A stretch of DNA of 64,000 bases from a virus. Its lineage: Duplodnaviria; Caudoviricetes. The notes below the pieces were generated by a model. The model was not told the DNA's origin. It did no database searches and saw nothing but the letters and a program-made list of their open reading frames with translations. Position numbers and translations under genes: made by a program. The number at the start of each line of letters is the position of its first letter. Positions within the stretch are counted from its first letter, which is position 1. Shown piece after piece: positions 1-8,797 of the stretch. The DNA lies in the IMG/VR virus record IMGVR_UViG_651703056_000001, positions 32,001 to 96,000 of that record. One strand, given 5' to 3'.

Positions 1-1
1 A

Positions 2-472
2 CCTGATAATTATAAGTCGGCAAGTCGTTGGGAAGCAATTGTTGAAGCAACAAAAGAAATTTATAAATTAACTCGCCCTGAGTCTGGTGGATTTAACCTC
101 CGCACTATGTTGACTGTTCAGTTGGCAGATAACCATATTAAAGATAAATTCCTTGGATATGATGCTATTGGTGAGGGTAAAGGAATGAAAAATGAAGCAT
201 CTATTTTGATGATGTATCGTCCTATTTTCGATGATGAATATGAAAAAATCAAACCACATCGTTTTGTTAAGAGTGACCTAAGTAAAGACGGATATGTTCA
301 AGAAGCAGTTTCACTAAAACGAAACAAAACTTATTATGTAATGTTTATTCCTAAAAACCGTTATGGTCAAAACACGGACAATGGACAAGACGCAATTATT
401 TATGAAGCTCGATTCCAGTACAACTCATTTGTTGAGGTTGGATTTGCAACTATTCCACGTGAATATAATTAA
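2..472 (+). CDS. Replicative DNA helicase, DnaB-like, C-terminal part (runs off left edge)
   Basis: Frame open from base 2 (PDNYKSASRWEAIVEATKEIYKL...TVQLA...PKNRYG); xQL and KNRxG SF4 helicase motifs; directly upstream of primase. Confidence 0.75.
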   Translation, partial: PDNYKSASRWEAIVEATKEIYKLTRPESGGFNLRTMLTVQLADNHIKDKFLGYDAIGEGKGMKNEASILMMYRPIFDDEYEKIKPHRFVKSDLSKDGYVQEAVSLKRNKTYYVMFIPKNRYGQNTDNGQDAIIYEARFQYNSFVEVGFATIPREYN

Positions 473-482
473 AGGATAAAAA

Positions 483-1475
483 ATGAATGATTTAGCAGAG
501 ATTAAAAAACGACTCTTTGAAGAGGATAAAGTTCAAGACCTGTTTGAATCAATTGGTTGTCAAAATATAAAGTGGGAACAAGGTGAGACTCTTATTACAG
601 CTCAGTTACCTGATGATTTTCACTCTACAAATACACGTGCTGTACAATGCAGAGTGAATGAGGGGCTATGGTGTTCAATAAGAAACAGGAATGACTTTAG
701 CGGAGATATCTTTAACTTAATCTCTTATCTCGTACACAAAGTAAAAGGAGATGAACTACAGGATAATTTAAATGAAGCAAAGCAATATATTTGTAAGTTG
801 TTTCATTGGAGTTATTCAAGCGGGAAGATTGAAGAAAGATATGACCCACTTAAAAACATCAAAAGTATGATGTATAAAGGAAGAGGTAAGGTAAGAAAGC
901 CTAACAAAGTTCTTAATGAGAGTGTTCTATTCGATTTCTTAGATTTGCCTAATAAGCTATGGGAAGATGAAGGAATAAGTATAGAAACTCAAAGGACTTA
1001 TGACATTGGGTTTGATATTCTCACTAGAAGAATCACAATTCCTGTTCGTAATAAGTTTGGACAGTTAGTAGGGGTCAAGGGTAGAATGCTTTTAGAGGAT
1101 GATGTGAATGAGTCAGACCCTAAATATATATACATCTACAAGTGTAATCAATCACAGGAACTGTTTAATTTCTATATTGCTAATAAATCAGCAAAAGAAA
1201 AGAAAGAACTAATCATTGTAGAAGGTGAAAAATCTTGTATGAAATTTTATGAGAATAAGATTTACAATGTAGTAGCTCTTGGTTCGAGTGATATTTCTCC
1301 TGCTCAGGTTGATATGATTTACTCACTAGGATTTGACATTGAGATTGTTCTAGCTTATGATAGTGACAAAACAATTGATGAAATTCAAAAGACAGCAGAG
1401 AAGCTCAATCAAAGAAGTGTGTCAATGGTATTTGACAAAGAAAAGAAAACTGGCAAAAAAATCTGCCCCCATTGA
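483..1475 (+). CDS. dnaG: DNA primase (TOPRIM); C-terminus probably continues in another frame to 1533
   Basis: RITIPVRN..G.LVGVKGR, PKY, IIVEGEKS and LAYDSD motifs; between helicase and RecJ. Confidence 0.85.
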   Translation: MNDLAEIKKRLFEEDKVQDLFESIGCQNIKWEQGETLITAQLPDDFHSTNTRAVQCRVNEGLWCSIRNRNDFSGDIFNLISYLVHKVKGDELQDNLNEAKQYICKLFHWSYSSGKIEERYDPLKNIKSMMYKGRGKVRKPNKVLNESVLFDFLDLPNKLWEDEGISIETQRTYDIGFDILTRRITIPVRNKFGQLVGVKGRMLLEDDVNESDPKYIYIYKCNQSQELFNFYIANKSAKEKKELIIVEGEKSCMKFYENKIYNVVALGSSDISPAQVDMIYSLGFDIEIVLAYDSDKTIDEIQKTAEKLNQRSVSMVFDKEKKTGKKICPH

Positions 1476-1539
1476 TAATGGTATCAAGGTTTGGAAAGAT
1501 TTATATAATAACTATAAATACGATTTGGAGTGATGAAAC

Positions 1540-3321
1540 ATGGTAAAATGGATACAAAAGAAAGCAAAGATTAAAGCTGATAGAGAGGATGATTTAAAGA
1601 CAAAAATTTTAAAAGCACGTGGGATTCCCTTAGAAGACCATCAGGAGTTTTTGTTTCCTGATGAAAAGTGGGAAAATCACCCTTTTGAAATACGCAATGT
1701 AGAGAGGGCTGTCAATCGTATCTTGGAAGGTATTGCAGACAAAGAAACAATTGTAGTAAGTGGAGACCCTGATGCAGACGGAATCACAGCAACAGCCATT
1801 ATGTTCAATCGACTGAAAGCACTACAAGATTTTAATGAGTTCAACTTAGATTACATCTATCCTCAACGTGATACAGGTCATGGATTGTATGGTCAATTAT
1901 CAGTTCAAGACCATTGGTTAAATAAAGCGGAAAAGGCAAAGGCTGAAAAAGATAAAGAAAGTCTTGCTAAGTGGGAAAAGTTGATTGACCTTAGTCGTTC
2001 AAACATTGAAAAGACAAAAGTAGCTGACATTCTCATTGTTTTGGATAGTTCAAGTAATGACTTAAAAGGTGTTGAGCGTGCTCGAACATTGAATCCTGAT
2101 TTAGATATTATTATCCTAGACCACCATGAGTTCGACTCCAAAGAGATTGCGAACAAAATGGACAAGGAAGTTATCTTATGCAACCCTCATCATCACCTAG
2201 ACGAATCAGTCAATAAAGATTTATCAGGTGCTGGTATGGCTTATAAAGTAGCTAAAGGAATTGATGAGGTATTAGATGATGATGGATTCTCTAATAAATT
2301 TCGTGATTTAGTCGCAATCGGTTTGGTAGGAGACATGATGAGTGTTCTTAATTTTGAGAATCGTTACCTTATCTCACAAGGGTTGCAAAATGTTAACAAC
2401 ATTGGTTTATCACGAATCCTTAAAGGTGCTAAAATTAATACATACCGATACAACACTAAAGACATTGGATATAGTATTGCACCATTGATTAACTCATCTG
2501 CTCGTATGGGAGAGATTGAACTTGCTTTTCAAATTTTAATGGTAGATAATGATACTGATGCCAAAAAACTCCGTCTCAAAATGGATAAATTGAATAAGAA
2601 ACGTCAAGAAACTCAAAAAGCCGTCATGCAAAAATATGAAGACACTCAAAATATGGAAGACAAGATTGTCATTGTTATTGATTCAGAATCAAACAAAGGT
2701 ATGAATGGTCTAGTAGCTCAGAATATTGCTCAAAAATATCATCGTCCATGTTTCGTTGTTACAGAAGGCAAAGATGGAATCTGTCGTGGTTCAGGTCGTT
2801 CTTATGGTAGCTTTAATACTAATGAGTTCTTGAGTGAATTGGACTTCGTAGAAGCACAAGGACATGGACAAGCTCATGGATTGAATTTTCCTCTTGACCG
2901 ATTAGATGATTTAAAAGAGTATATCGAAGAAAATATGCCAGATAATCTTGAAACAGAACAGACATTCTATTACGACATTGAATTGGAAAATATTGAAGAA
3001 GCATTCATGGACTTGACTGACTTAATCAATATCAATTACATTACAGGTAATAAATTTCCAGAAGTTGTAGTACGTATGAATAATGTTATGATTGAGGAAC
3101 GTGCAGTTATTGGTAAAACAAAAGAAACAGTTAAATTTAAAACAAGTGGAGACTTAGTTTTTATTAAGTTTAAAGTTAATGAAGACTGGAATAAAGATAT
3201 TGATACATTTGACACTGTTAGTGTTGTAGGTAATGGTACAATTAATGAGTTTTATAACTTCGCAACAAAAGAAATGACACGAACACCTCAAATTATTATC
3301 ATGGATATTATAAAGGAATGA
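1540..3321 (+). CDS. recJ: RecJ-like ssDNA exonuclease (DHH family)
   Basis: GDPDADG, ILDHH, LSGAG, GSGRS and GHGQAHG motifs. Confidence 0.92.
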   Translation: MVKWIQKKAKIKADREDDLKTKILKARGIPLEDHQEFLFPDEKWENHPFEIRNVERAVNRILEGIADKETIVVSGDPDADGITATAIMFNRLKALQDFNEFNLDYIYPQRDTGHGLYGQLSVQDHWLNKAEKAKAEKDKESLAKWEKLIDLSRSNIEKTKVADILIVLDSSSNDLKGVERARTLNPDLDIIILDHHEFDSKEIANKMDKEVILCNPHHHLDESVNKDLSGAGMAYKVAKGIDEVLDDDGFSNKFRDLVAIGLVGDMMSVLNFENRYLISQGLQNVNNIGLSRILKGAKINTYRYNTKDIGYSIAPLINSSARMGEIELAFQILMVDNDTDAKKLRLKMDKLNKKRQETQKAVMQKYEDTQNMEDKIVIVIDSESNKGMNGLVAQNIAQKYHRPCFVVTEGKDGICRGSGRSYGSFNTNEFLSELDFVEAQGHGQAHGLNFPLDRLDDLKEYIEENMPDNLETEQTFYYDIELENIEEAFMDLTDLININYITGNKFPEVVVRMNNVMIEERAVIGKTKETVKFKTSGDLVFIKFKVNEDWNKDIDTFDTVSVVGNGTINEFYNFATKEMTRTPQIIIMDIIKE

Positions 3322-3322
3322 G

Positions 3323-3610
3323 ATGAAAATTGAAGAAATTAAACATGTAAAACCAGAAGATCTTGCTGTCATTGAAGATGGTACTGTATATGGTTATGTT
3401 GTAGACAGAGGATATAAAGATGGGGCAATCATAGTCGATGAATACCCTAAACTATATACAAAAGAAAGCATGATGAAATTTATGCAAGAAAATGTTAAAC
3501 ATGCGTTAGCTATGTATGGTATGACATTCGACAGCAAAGATGGAATGGCGGAAAATCGAAGACTAACAAAAGAAGAAAGAGATATCGTAATTGAAGATTT
3601 CTTTTCATGA
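3323..3610 (+). CDS. Hypothetical phage protein
   Basis: ORF coupled to recJ, AAGGA RBS. Confidence 0.7.
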   Translation: MKIEEIKHVKPEDLAVIEDGTVYGYVVDRGYKDGAIIVDEYPKLYTKESMMKFMQENVKHALAMYGMTFDSKDGMAENRRLTKEERDIVIEDFFS

Positions 3611-3620
3611 GGAGAACATA

Positions 3621-3851
3621 ATGAATCATAAAAGACAAGAATATGGATATAATCAAATGTTGTTCAACTATATTACAGATTATTCACAGCAGATTAATGA
3701 AGCGGTAAGTCACATGGAATTTATTTGGCAGAACAGAGATAACTTCAAAGAAGATATTGAAGTCGAAGAAGTGATTAAGACATTCAAAAAAGTTATTGAA
3801 GAGAAAGTGGAACTTTTTCTATCATATCTTGAACCGCTAGACGAAGAATAA
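3621..3851 (+). CDS. Hypothetical phage protein
   Basis: ATG 3621 with GAGGAG RBS. Confidence 0.7.
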   Translation: MNHKRQEYGYNQMLFNYITDYSQQINEAVSHMEFIWQNRDNFKEDIEVEEVIKTFKKVIEEKVELFLSYLEPLDEE

Positions 3852-3888
3852 AATGATAACAAAACATTAGAAACTTCACATTATTTTC

Positions 3889-3917
3889 AAAAGAGTAATT
3901 TATTTACTCTTTTTTTT
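3889..3917 (+). terminator. Intrinsic terminator
   Basis: AAAGAGTAA/TTACTCTTT stem followed by T-run. Confidence 0.75.
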
Positions 3918-3926
3918 ATTTTATGT

Positions 3927-3955
3927 TTGACAAAAGTATTGTAATTTGATATAAT
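3927..3955 (+). promoter_or_regulatory. Sigma70-type promoter
   Basis: TTGACA-17-TATAAT with extended TG. Confidence 0.85.
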
Positions 3956-3984
3956 TATAAATATAGAAAGTAGAGGAACTAAAC

Positions 3985-4284
3985 ATGGCAAACATCACTA
4001 TCGAAACACGCAATGCATCATTTGAAGAAATCCTTGAAACAATCAGCGACCGACAACGTGTAGTTATTGACTACTTGGAAGCATTTGACGAACCTTTATC
4101 TGCAAGTGACATTGCGTATGGCTTATATATTAACGGACTTGTTCCAACACCTGAACGCAATTCAGTACATCCTCGATTAACAGAATTGACAAAAATGGGA
4201 ATTGTACATGCGGTCGGTAAGAAAAAAGACCGAGTTACAAATCGAAAAGTTGCGGTATATGAATTAGTAAAGGAAGTTCGATAA
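3985..4284 (+). CDS. Winged-helix DNA-binding protein
   Basis: RQRVVIDYL...LSASDIA...RNSVHPRLTEL..G.V wHTH pattern. Confidence 0.7.
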   Translation: MANITIETRNASFEEILETISDRQRVVIDYLEAFDEPLSASDIAYGLYINGLVPTPERNSVHPRLTELTKMGIVHAVGKKKDRVTNRKVAVYELVKEVR

Positions 4285-4517
4285 TGAAAAAACTTAATGC
4301 AAATCAAACAATTCCAACAAACATTGTGAAATACTTGAATGGAGTCCATCATAATGAATATGAAAGTGTAGTTGATGCATTTATTGAATCATACGATGAC
4401 TGGACATTACCTGATGAACTTAATGATTTCTGCAAAGACATTAAGAACTTTCACTTATGTGTAATCTACTTGCTAGATAGCGAAAGGTCATTACATATGT
4501 TTGAGAACGGAGAATAA
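4284..4517 (+). CDS. Hypothetical phage protein
   Basis: TAATG coupling, AAGGA RBS. Confidence 0.65.
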   Translation: MKKLNANQTIPTNIVKYLNGVHHNEYESVVDAFIESYDDWTLPDELNDFCKDIKNFHLCVIYLLDSERSLHMFENGE

Positions 4518-4544
4518 TATGTATCCTATAAGAAAGGAGAAAAT

Positions 4545-4865
4545 ATGGGAAAGTTTTTAAAATTTAAACAGTTCTGGTGTGGTCACTTTGCTCTTGGTCA
4601 TCGTGGAAGTGTAGATGGTTTCAAACTGAATGTCACATGGCTTTCACACAATAAAAAGGTTGAAGTTGAAATCACAAATAAGTGTGTAAAATGTGGTGTA
4701 GAAACTTTAGTGTATCTTGGATTTTTAACCCCCTCAGAATACGTCAGATTCAATTCTAAGCATCTTTTTGACAAATTTGTCCAAACATACGCTGATGAGC
4801 GTGTGTATGACCATGTGGTCATTTCAGAGGGTATTAAAAAGGAGAGGCGAGTAAGAAAGGTGTAA
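4545..4865 (+). CDS. Hypothetical protein, possible Zn site
   Basis: AAGGAG RBS; CxH...CxxC. Confidence 0.65.
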   Translation: MGKFLKFKQFWCGHFALGHRGSVDGFKLNVTWLSHNKKVEVEITNKCVKCGVETLVYLGFLTPSEYVRFNSKHLFDKFVQTYADERVYDHVVISEGIKKERRVRKV

Positions 4866-4905
4866 AATAAGAATTTTATATATGGTTTATTATGGTGCTT
4901 TTTAT

Positions 4906-4934
4906 TTGACAAAGACAAATAAATAGTGTATAAT
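4906..4934 (+). promoter_or_regulatory. Sigma70-type promoter
   Basis: TTGACA-17-TATAAT. Confidence 0.8.
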
Positions 4935-5026
4935 AGTGTATAGAATAAAGAAACAAAAATAAACGTTTAATTAGTAAGAGGTTGTAAGTTTGAAGCATGG
5001 GGACTAGAATTTAAGGAGATTGAATT

Positions 5027-5200
5027 ATGAAAAAGGTAAAATTTGAATTTAATGACAGTTACCAAATACCTGTAACAGAAGTTTTTGAATTTGAAGACGA
5101 AACGACAGAAGAGGAAATCGAAAAAGAGTTTCGTGAGTGGTTTTTTAACGAACTTGATATAGCTGGTATAGGAGGAAATTTTGAGGAGATAGAAGAATGA
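5027..5200 (+). CDS. Small acidic protein (57 aa, not in ORF track)
   Basis: AAGGAG RBS; MKKVKFEFND...EEEIEKEFREW; ATGA overlap with next gene. Confidence 0.7.
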   Translation: MKKVKFEFNDSYQIPVTEVFEFEDETTEEEIEKEFREWFFNELDIAGIGGNFEEIEE

Positions 5201-5325
5201 CCGACAAAGAATTTAGAGTTTGCACCAATTGTGGTGTTATGGATTTAAAAAGTAATATGTGGAACATGAATTACGGATACTATCTCTGTGATGACTGTTA
5301 CTGGGAAGACGAGGCCTCAGAATGA
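5197..5325 (+). CDS. Small Zn-finger protein (42 aa, not in ORF track)
   Basis: GAGGAG RBS; MTDKEFRVCTNC...LCDDCYW. Confidence 0.6.
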   Translation: MTDKEFRVCTNCGVMDLKSNMWNMNYGYYLCDDCYWEDEASE

Positions 5326-5371
5326 CCGACAAACTAATATCGCTGGTCAATGACTGGTGGGGAGGGATTGA

Positions 5372-5587
5372 ATGAAATCAAGCTGGAAGAAGCAAAGACA
5401 AGCAACTAAAAAACGGCAAATTAAAAATATAAGAATCGTTAAATTTTATTTAGGGAGCGAATGCTGGCTTTATTACCAAGAGCTTGAAAAGAACTGTCCT
5501 GAATGCGGTTATATAATGGGTTACTATGAAAATTTTGATGATTGTTACTATTCGTGCAGTAGATGTGACTTTCAGGAAGAGGATTGA
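5372..5587 (+). CDS. Zn-ribbon protein, lactococcal prophage type
   Basis: MKSSWKKQR start; CPECG...CSRC; GGAGG RBS. Confidence 0.7.
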   Translation: MKSSWKKQRQATKKRQIKNIRIVKFYLGSECWLYYQELEKNCPECGYIMGYYENFDDCYYSCSRCDFQEED

Positions 5588-5797
5588 ATGACGCTTAAAG
5601 AATTATTAGATTCGTACAATATTGAAGGCTCGGAATACTATAAAATAGAAATTTCAACTAATAAAGTCAAATTTGGATGGAAGGGAAAATACCCATCTTG
5701 TGCATTAAGTTCAGACTTACTATATAGAGCTGTAAATAATTGGGGTATTGACTCTCAAAAAAGAGAAATATTTATCATTTTGGAGGACAACCAATGA
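5588..5797 (+). CDS. Hypothetical phage protein
   Basis: GAGGA RBS, coupled on both sides. Confidence 0.65.
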   Translation: MTLKELLDSYNIEGSEYYKIEISTNKVKFGWKGKYPSCALSSDLLYRAVNNWGIDSQKREIFIILEDNQ

Positions 5798-6000
5798 AAC
5801 TTTTGTGTAAGCTGTTCGGGCATAAGTGGGAATATATAGGAACTTTAAGCAATGGAGAGTACCAAAGGTATAAAGAAAGGTGTGAAAGATGCGATAAGGT
5901 TGTAATTGCAACATTTGCGACGAAAAACCCCTATGTTATCAACCGCTCAGACCTTGACGAGTCTGAAAGTATGGTTAAGGAGGAATACAAAAATGAATAA
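5794..6000 (+). CDS. DUF1660-like lactococcal phage protein
   Basis: MKLLCKLFGHKW...CERC...NRSDLDESE signature. Confidence 0.8.
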   Translation: MKLLCKLFGHKWEYIGTLSNGEYQRYKERCERCDKVVIATFATKNPYVINRSDLDESESMVKEEYKNE

Positions 6001-6328
6001 ATTAATTGAAAAATATATTTTAACAATTATTGCACTTATTTGCGATGTTTTGGCAATGGCAATCTCAATTGTAACGCTTAGTTTAAGTTGGAATCACTTT
6101 ATTGTACCAGCTTTTAATGCTCCAAAGTTAGGATTCATGTTAACATTTGCAATTATGGTGATGTGGGAGTTGTTTGCATATAGAGCAGAGATAACAGGAA
6201 TTACAACTCTTTTATCTAAAACTACAAATACACCCAACGAACAAATTGCAGTTGATTATGCTGTAACCAACGTAATGGTTTCACTAATAATTGGATTGAC
6301 TCTCTTAGTGCTAAGCGTATTTATTTAA
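5993..6328 (+). CDS. Membrane protein
   Basis: ATG 5993 after AGGAGG; three hydrophobic segments. Confidence 0.7.
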   Translation: MNKLIEKYILTIIALICDVLAMAISIVTLSLSWNHFIVPAFNAPKLGFMLTFAIMVMWELFAYRAEITGITTLLSKTTNTPNEQIAVDYAVTNVMVSLIIGLTLLVLSVFI

Positions 6329-6381
6329 AACTATCTAATGATAGTTTTAAATTTGACTTTTGAATGATATTATGATATAAT
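6327..6381 (+). promoter_or_regulatory. Terminator hairpin immediately followed by sigma70 promoter
   Basis: AAAACTATC/GATAGTTTT hairpin; TTGACT(6353)-17-TATAAT(6376). Confidence 0.75.
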
Positions 6382-6410
6382 ATATATTATAAAGTTAAGG
6401 AGAAACGTAA

Positions 6411-6668
6411 ATGAAAAAGAAACTTGATACAATTAATGAACGTATTCAACAGTTAGCAGAATTGTATGAATGTCAAATGGATGTCACTCTATCTACAAAT
6501 GATAAAGAAAAGTTATTTCAAATTTACTTAGAATATCAAAAAGAGAGTGCAAAAGTAACGAGTTCAAGAATGATATATTTAGCACGAAGTTCTGGAAACA
6601 CTCAGCTTCTAAGACATTTTGGTGTTTTTGAAATGTTTGAATATATGGAGACAAAAAATGGAAAGTAA
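6411..6668 (+). CDS. Hypothetical phage protein
   Basis: AAGGAG RBS after promoter. Confidence 0.7.
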   Translation: MKKKLDTINERIQQLAELYECQMDVTLSTNDKEKLFQIYLEYQKESAKVTSSRMIYLARSSGNTQLLRHFGVFEMFEYMETKNGK

Positions 6669-6894
6669 AGAAATATTTACTAAAGCACAACTATCAATCT
6701 ATCGAAACTTACTTATTATCTGGATGAATAATTCAAACTTAAGATTTAATCAACTTATCTCTAATCTTCAAGTAGATTTTAATAATCAGCAGTTTAGAAA
6801 ATACTCACGTAGCGATGGGACACCAGATTTATTCTGTTTGAGCGATGAGAAGTTTGCAGAATTTTTAGAAGATTTAATAGAGGAGAATAGTTAA
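6658..6894 (+). CDS. Hypothetical phage protein
   Basis: ATG 6658 with GGAG RBS; LRFNQL...DLF..SDE. Confidence 0.65.
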   Translation: MESKEIFTKAQLSIYRNLLIIWMNNSNLRFNQLISNLQVDFNNQQFRKYSRSDGTPDLFCLSDEKFAEFLEDLIEENS

Positions 6895-7187
6895 TGGAAT
6901 ATAAAAAATCATTTGTACACAATGGATTAAAATATCAACGCTCAGAGGACACAGTTCTCTTTACACTTAGAAATAAAAATAACCAATACATTGGAATTGA
7001 TTTAGGTCGTAATGGTAATGAATTTGTTATTGAAAAGACCGTTTTAACAACAAGTGACGAAGCATTTATCTTTATGATGGATAAAGAGATTTTTGAAGAA
7101 AAAGGAATCTCTAACACAATTGCTATGCTACGTAAAGAGGCTAGTAACAAAATGAACTATGCAGGATTTAAGCCAGTCATGGTGTAG
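6894..7187 (+). CDS. Hypothetical phage protein
   Basis: GAGGAG RBS, TAATG coupling. Confidence 0.7.
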   Translation: MEYKKSFVHNGLKYQRSEDTVLFTLRNKNNQYIGIDLGRNGNEFVIEKTVLTTSDEAFIFMMDKEIFEEKGISNTIAMLRKEASNKMNYAGFKPVMV

Positions 7188-7197
7188 GGAGACTAAT

Positions 7198-7494
7198 ATG
7201 GTACGGTATTTAGTACAATGGAAGAATGGAGAAAATTTTACCAATCATGGATTCTTTCGAATAAGTGAACAGGCATTTGAGTCAATCAAAGATTGGTGGG
7301 AACTAAATAGTTTTAAACCTAATTATGTTCGTGTTCTTGGTGAAGACGACACAATCAAAGCAATTGACTATGGGAGTTATACATCATTTTATTATATTAT
7401 TCCAGTAACAGAAGATACCTTTAGCGATTTATTAATCAATGGTGTAGAAGCATATGGAATGAATGTAAATTGGAATAAATATAAAAGTAATTAA
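7198..7494 (+). CDS. Hypothetical phage protein
   Basis: ATG 7198 with GGGAG RBS; IDYGS..FY motif. Confidence 0.65.
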   Translation: MVRYLVQWKNGENFTNHGFFRISEQAFESIKDWWELNSFKPNYVRVLGEDDTIKAIDYGSYTSFYYIIPVTEDTFSDLLINGVEAYGMNVNWNKYKSN

Positions 7495-7501
7495 ACTGTA
7501 A

Positions 7502-7530
7502 TTGACTTTGTTATTTAAATATGGTATAAT
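7502..7530 (+). promoter_or_regulatory. Sigma70-type promoter
   Basis: TTGACT-17-TATAAT with TG. Confidence 0.8.
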
Positions 7531-7558
7531 TATTATATCAAGTTAAGGAGAAACGTAA

Positions 7559-8002
7559 ATGAACATAAAACAAATTTTAGACATGGAAGTTGTCAAAGAA
7601 GTACGTGTTGATTGGAATGACAATCACGATGGAGTATCTCATTTTGATATCAACACTCTTGATACAGCATTTTTTATGGAGGATGAATGGGATAAAGTAG
7701 CAGAACACATTATGTATAAATTTGTTATTTATCATAATGTTGATGGTCGAAGAATTTGGGCTTTAGGATATGCAACTTTTGATAACGTTCCATTTATGAT
7801 TATTCAAAATGCAGGTCGTGAGGGTGATGATTATGTTCAAGAGTATATCTTTAATGAAGAGGTGTATGAACAAGCCGTAGAATTATTACTTGATATTCAA
7901 AGGGCTATCCCAAGAGGAGTCAGAAAGCCAACTATTTATAGTATCGAAGAACACAATAAGAATTTGAACTCGTTTTATGGTTATGAAATTAAGGAGAACT
8001 AA
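7559..8002 (+). CDS. Hypothetical phage protein
   Basis: AAGGAG RBS; QNAGREGDD motif. Confidence 0.75.
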   Translation: MNIKQILDMEVVKEVRVDWNDNHDGVSHFDINTLDTAFFMEDEWDKVAEHIMYKFVIYHNVDGRRIWALGYATFDNVPFMIIQNAGREGDDYVQEYIFNEEVYEQAVELLLDIQRAIPRGVRKPTIYSIEEHNKNLNSFYGYEIKEN

Positions 8003-8005
8003 AAC

Positions 8006-8227
8006 ATGGAAATTAAAAAAAAGACTGGTGGATTTGCTGATATGTCTGGGTGGCTGATTGAAGGTGCAAACATATCTATTGCGGTTGATGAATTAACTAA
8101 TACACAGAGTGTAGTTTGTTATCCAGACCATAAAGTTGAATCCCATCAAGAAGCAGATAATTTGATAGTTTATCTCACAGAAGATGAACTTGAACTCTTG
8201 AAAAAGATTTTCAGAATCGAGGAATAA
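8006..8227 (+). CDS. Hypothetical phage protein
   Basis: AAGGAG RBS. Confidence 0.7.
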   Translation: MEIKKKTGGFADMSGWLIEGANISIAVDELTNTQSVVCYPDHKVESHQEADNLIVYLTEDELELLKKIFRIEE

Positions 8228-8329
8228 AATTTAATTGACAAGGAAAAGTCAATAACACCTAATCACTATATACATGAGTGCGTGGTCAGCAGAGTAGCTG
8301 GTGTAAAATAACTCATGTATATAGATTTA

Positions 8330-8466
8330 TATATCGTTAGTCGTGGTTGACTGATTGAATAGCTTGATAGATGATTTTCAATGTATGATGAGACAGTCTT
8401 GTAAAGGATTCTGAATTGTTAATCGGAGAGTGAAAAATTTTGCAGGTTCGATTCCTGTCGATATAG
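8330..8466 (+). ncRNA. Expanded tRNA-like RNA (137 nt)
   Basis: Acceptor TATATCG/CGATATA, T arm GCAGG-TTCGATT-CCTGT, several hairpins in between. Confidence 0.55.
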
Positions 8467-8482
8467 TTAAGGAGGTTCTCAT

Positions 8483-8746
8483 ATGAAAGAACATATTGTA
8501 GTAGTCGATGAAGTTCACGAAGATAACATGGAGAAACTAAAAAACATAAATAATGTAAAAGAATCTGTACAAGTGCTTTCCGACTCTTTTGTTGAAGTTG
8601 CAGGAAAAATGAAAGAATTGGCAGATTCTTTACGTGGCGAACCTGTTGATGTTTATGACCCATTAACAGACAAACGTAAGAGAGAACAATCTTTCAAAAA
8701 TGGTGTAAGTAATCTTAAACATATCAAAAAACGTGGAGGAAAGTAA
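8483..8746 (+). CDS. Hypothetical phage protein
   Basis: AAGGAGG RBS. Confidence 0.7.
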   Translation: MKEHIVVVDEVHEDNMEKLKNINNVKESVQVLSDSFVEVAGKMKELADSLRGEPVDVYDPLTDKRKREQSFKNGVSNLKHIKKRGGK

Positions 8747-8797
8747 TATGTTAGTTAAAGTAGGAAAACGTATAAAAAAACAAAAGGAACAAAAATT

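Noticed and set aside
8235-8253. Promoter at TTGACA 8235
   Set aside because: No -10 at proper spacing; it forms a short TTGAC/GTCAA inverted repeat of unclear meaning.
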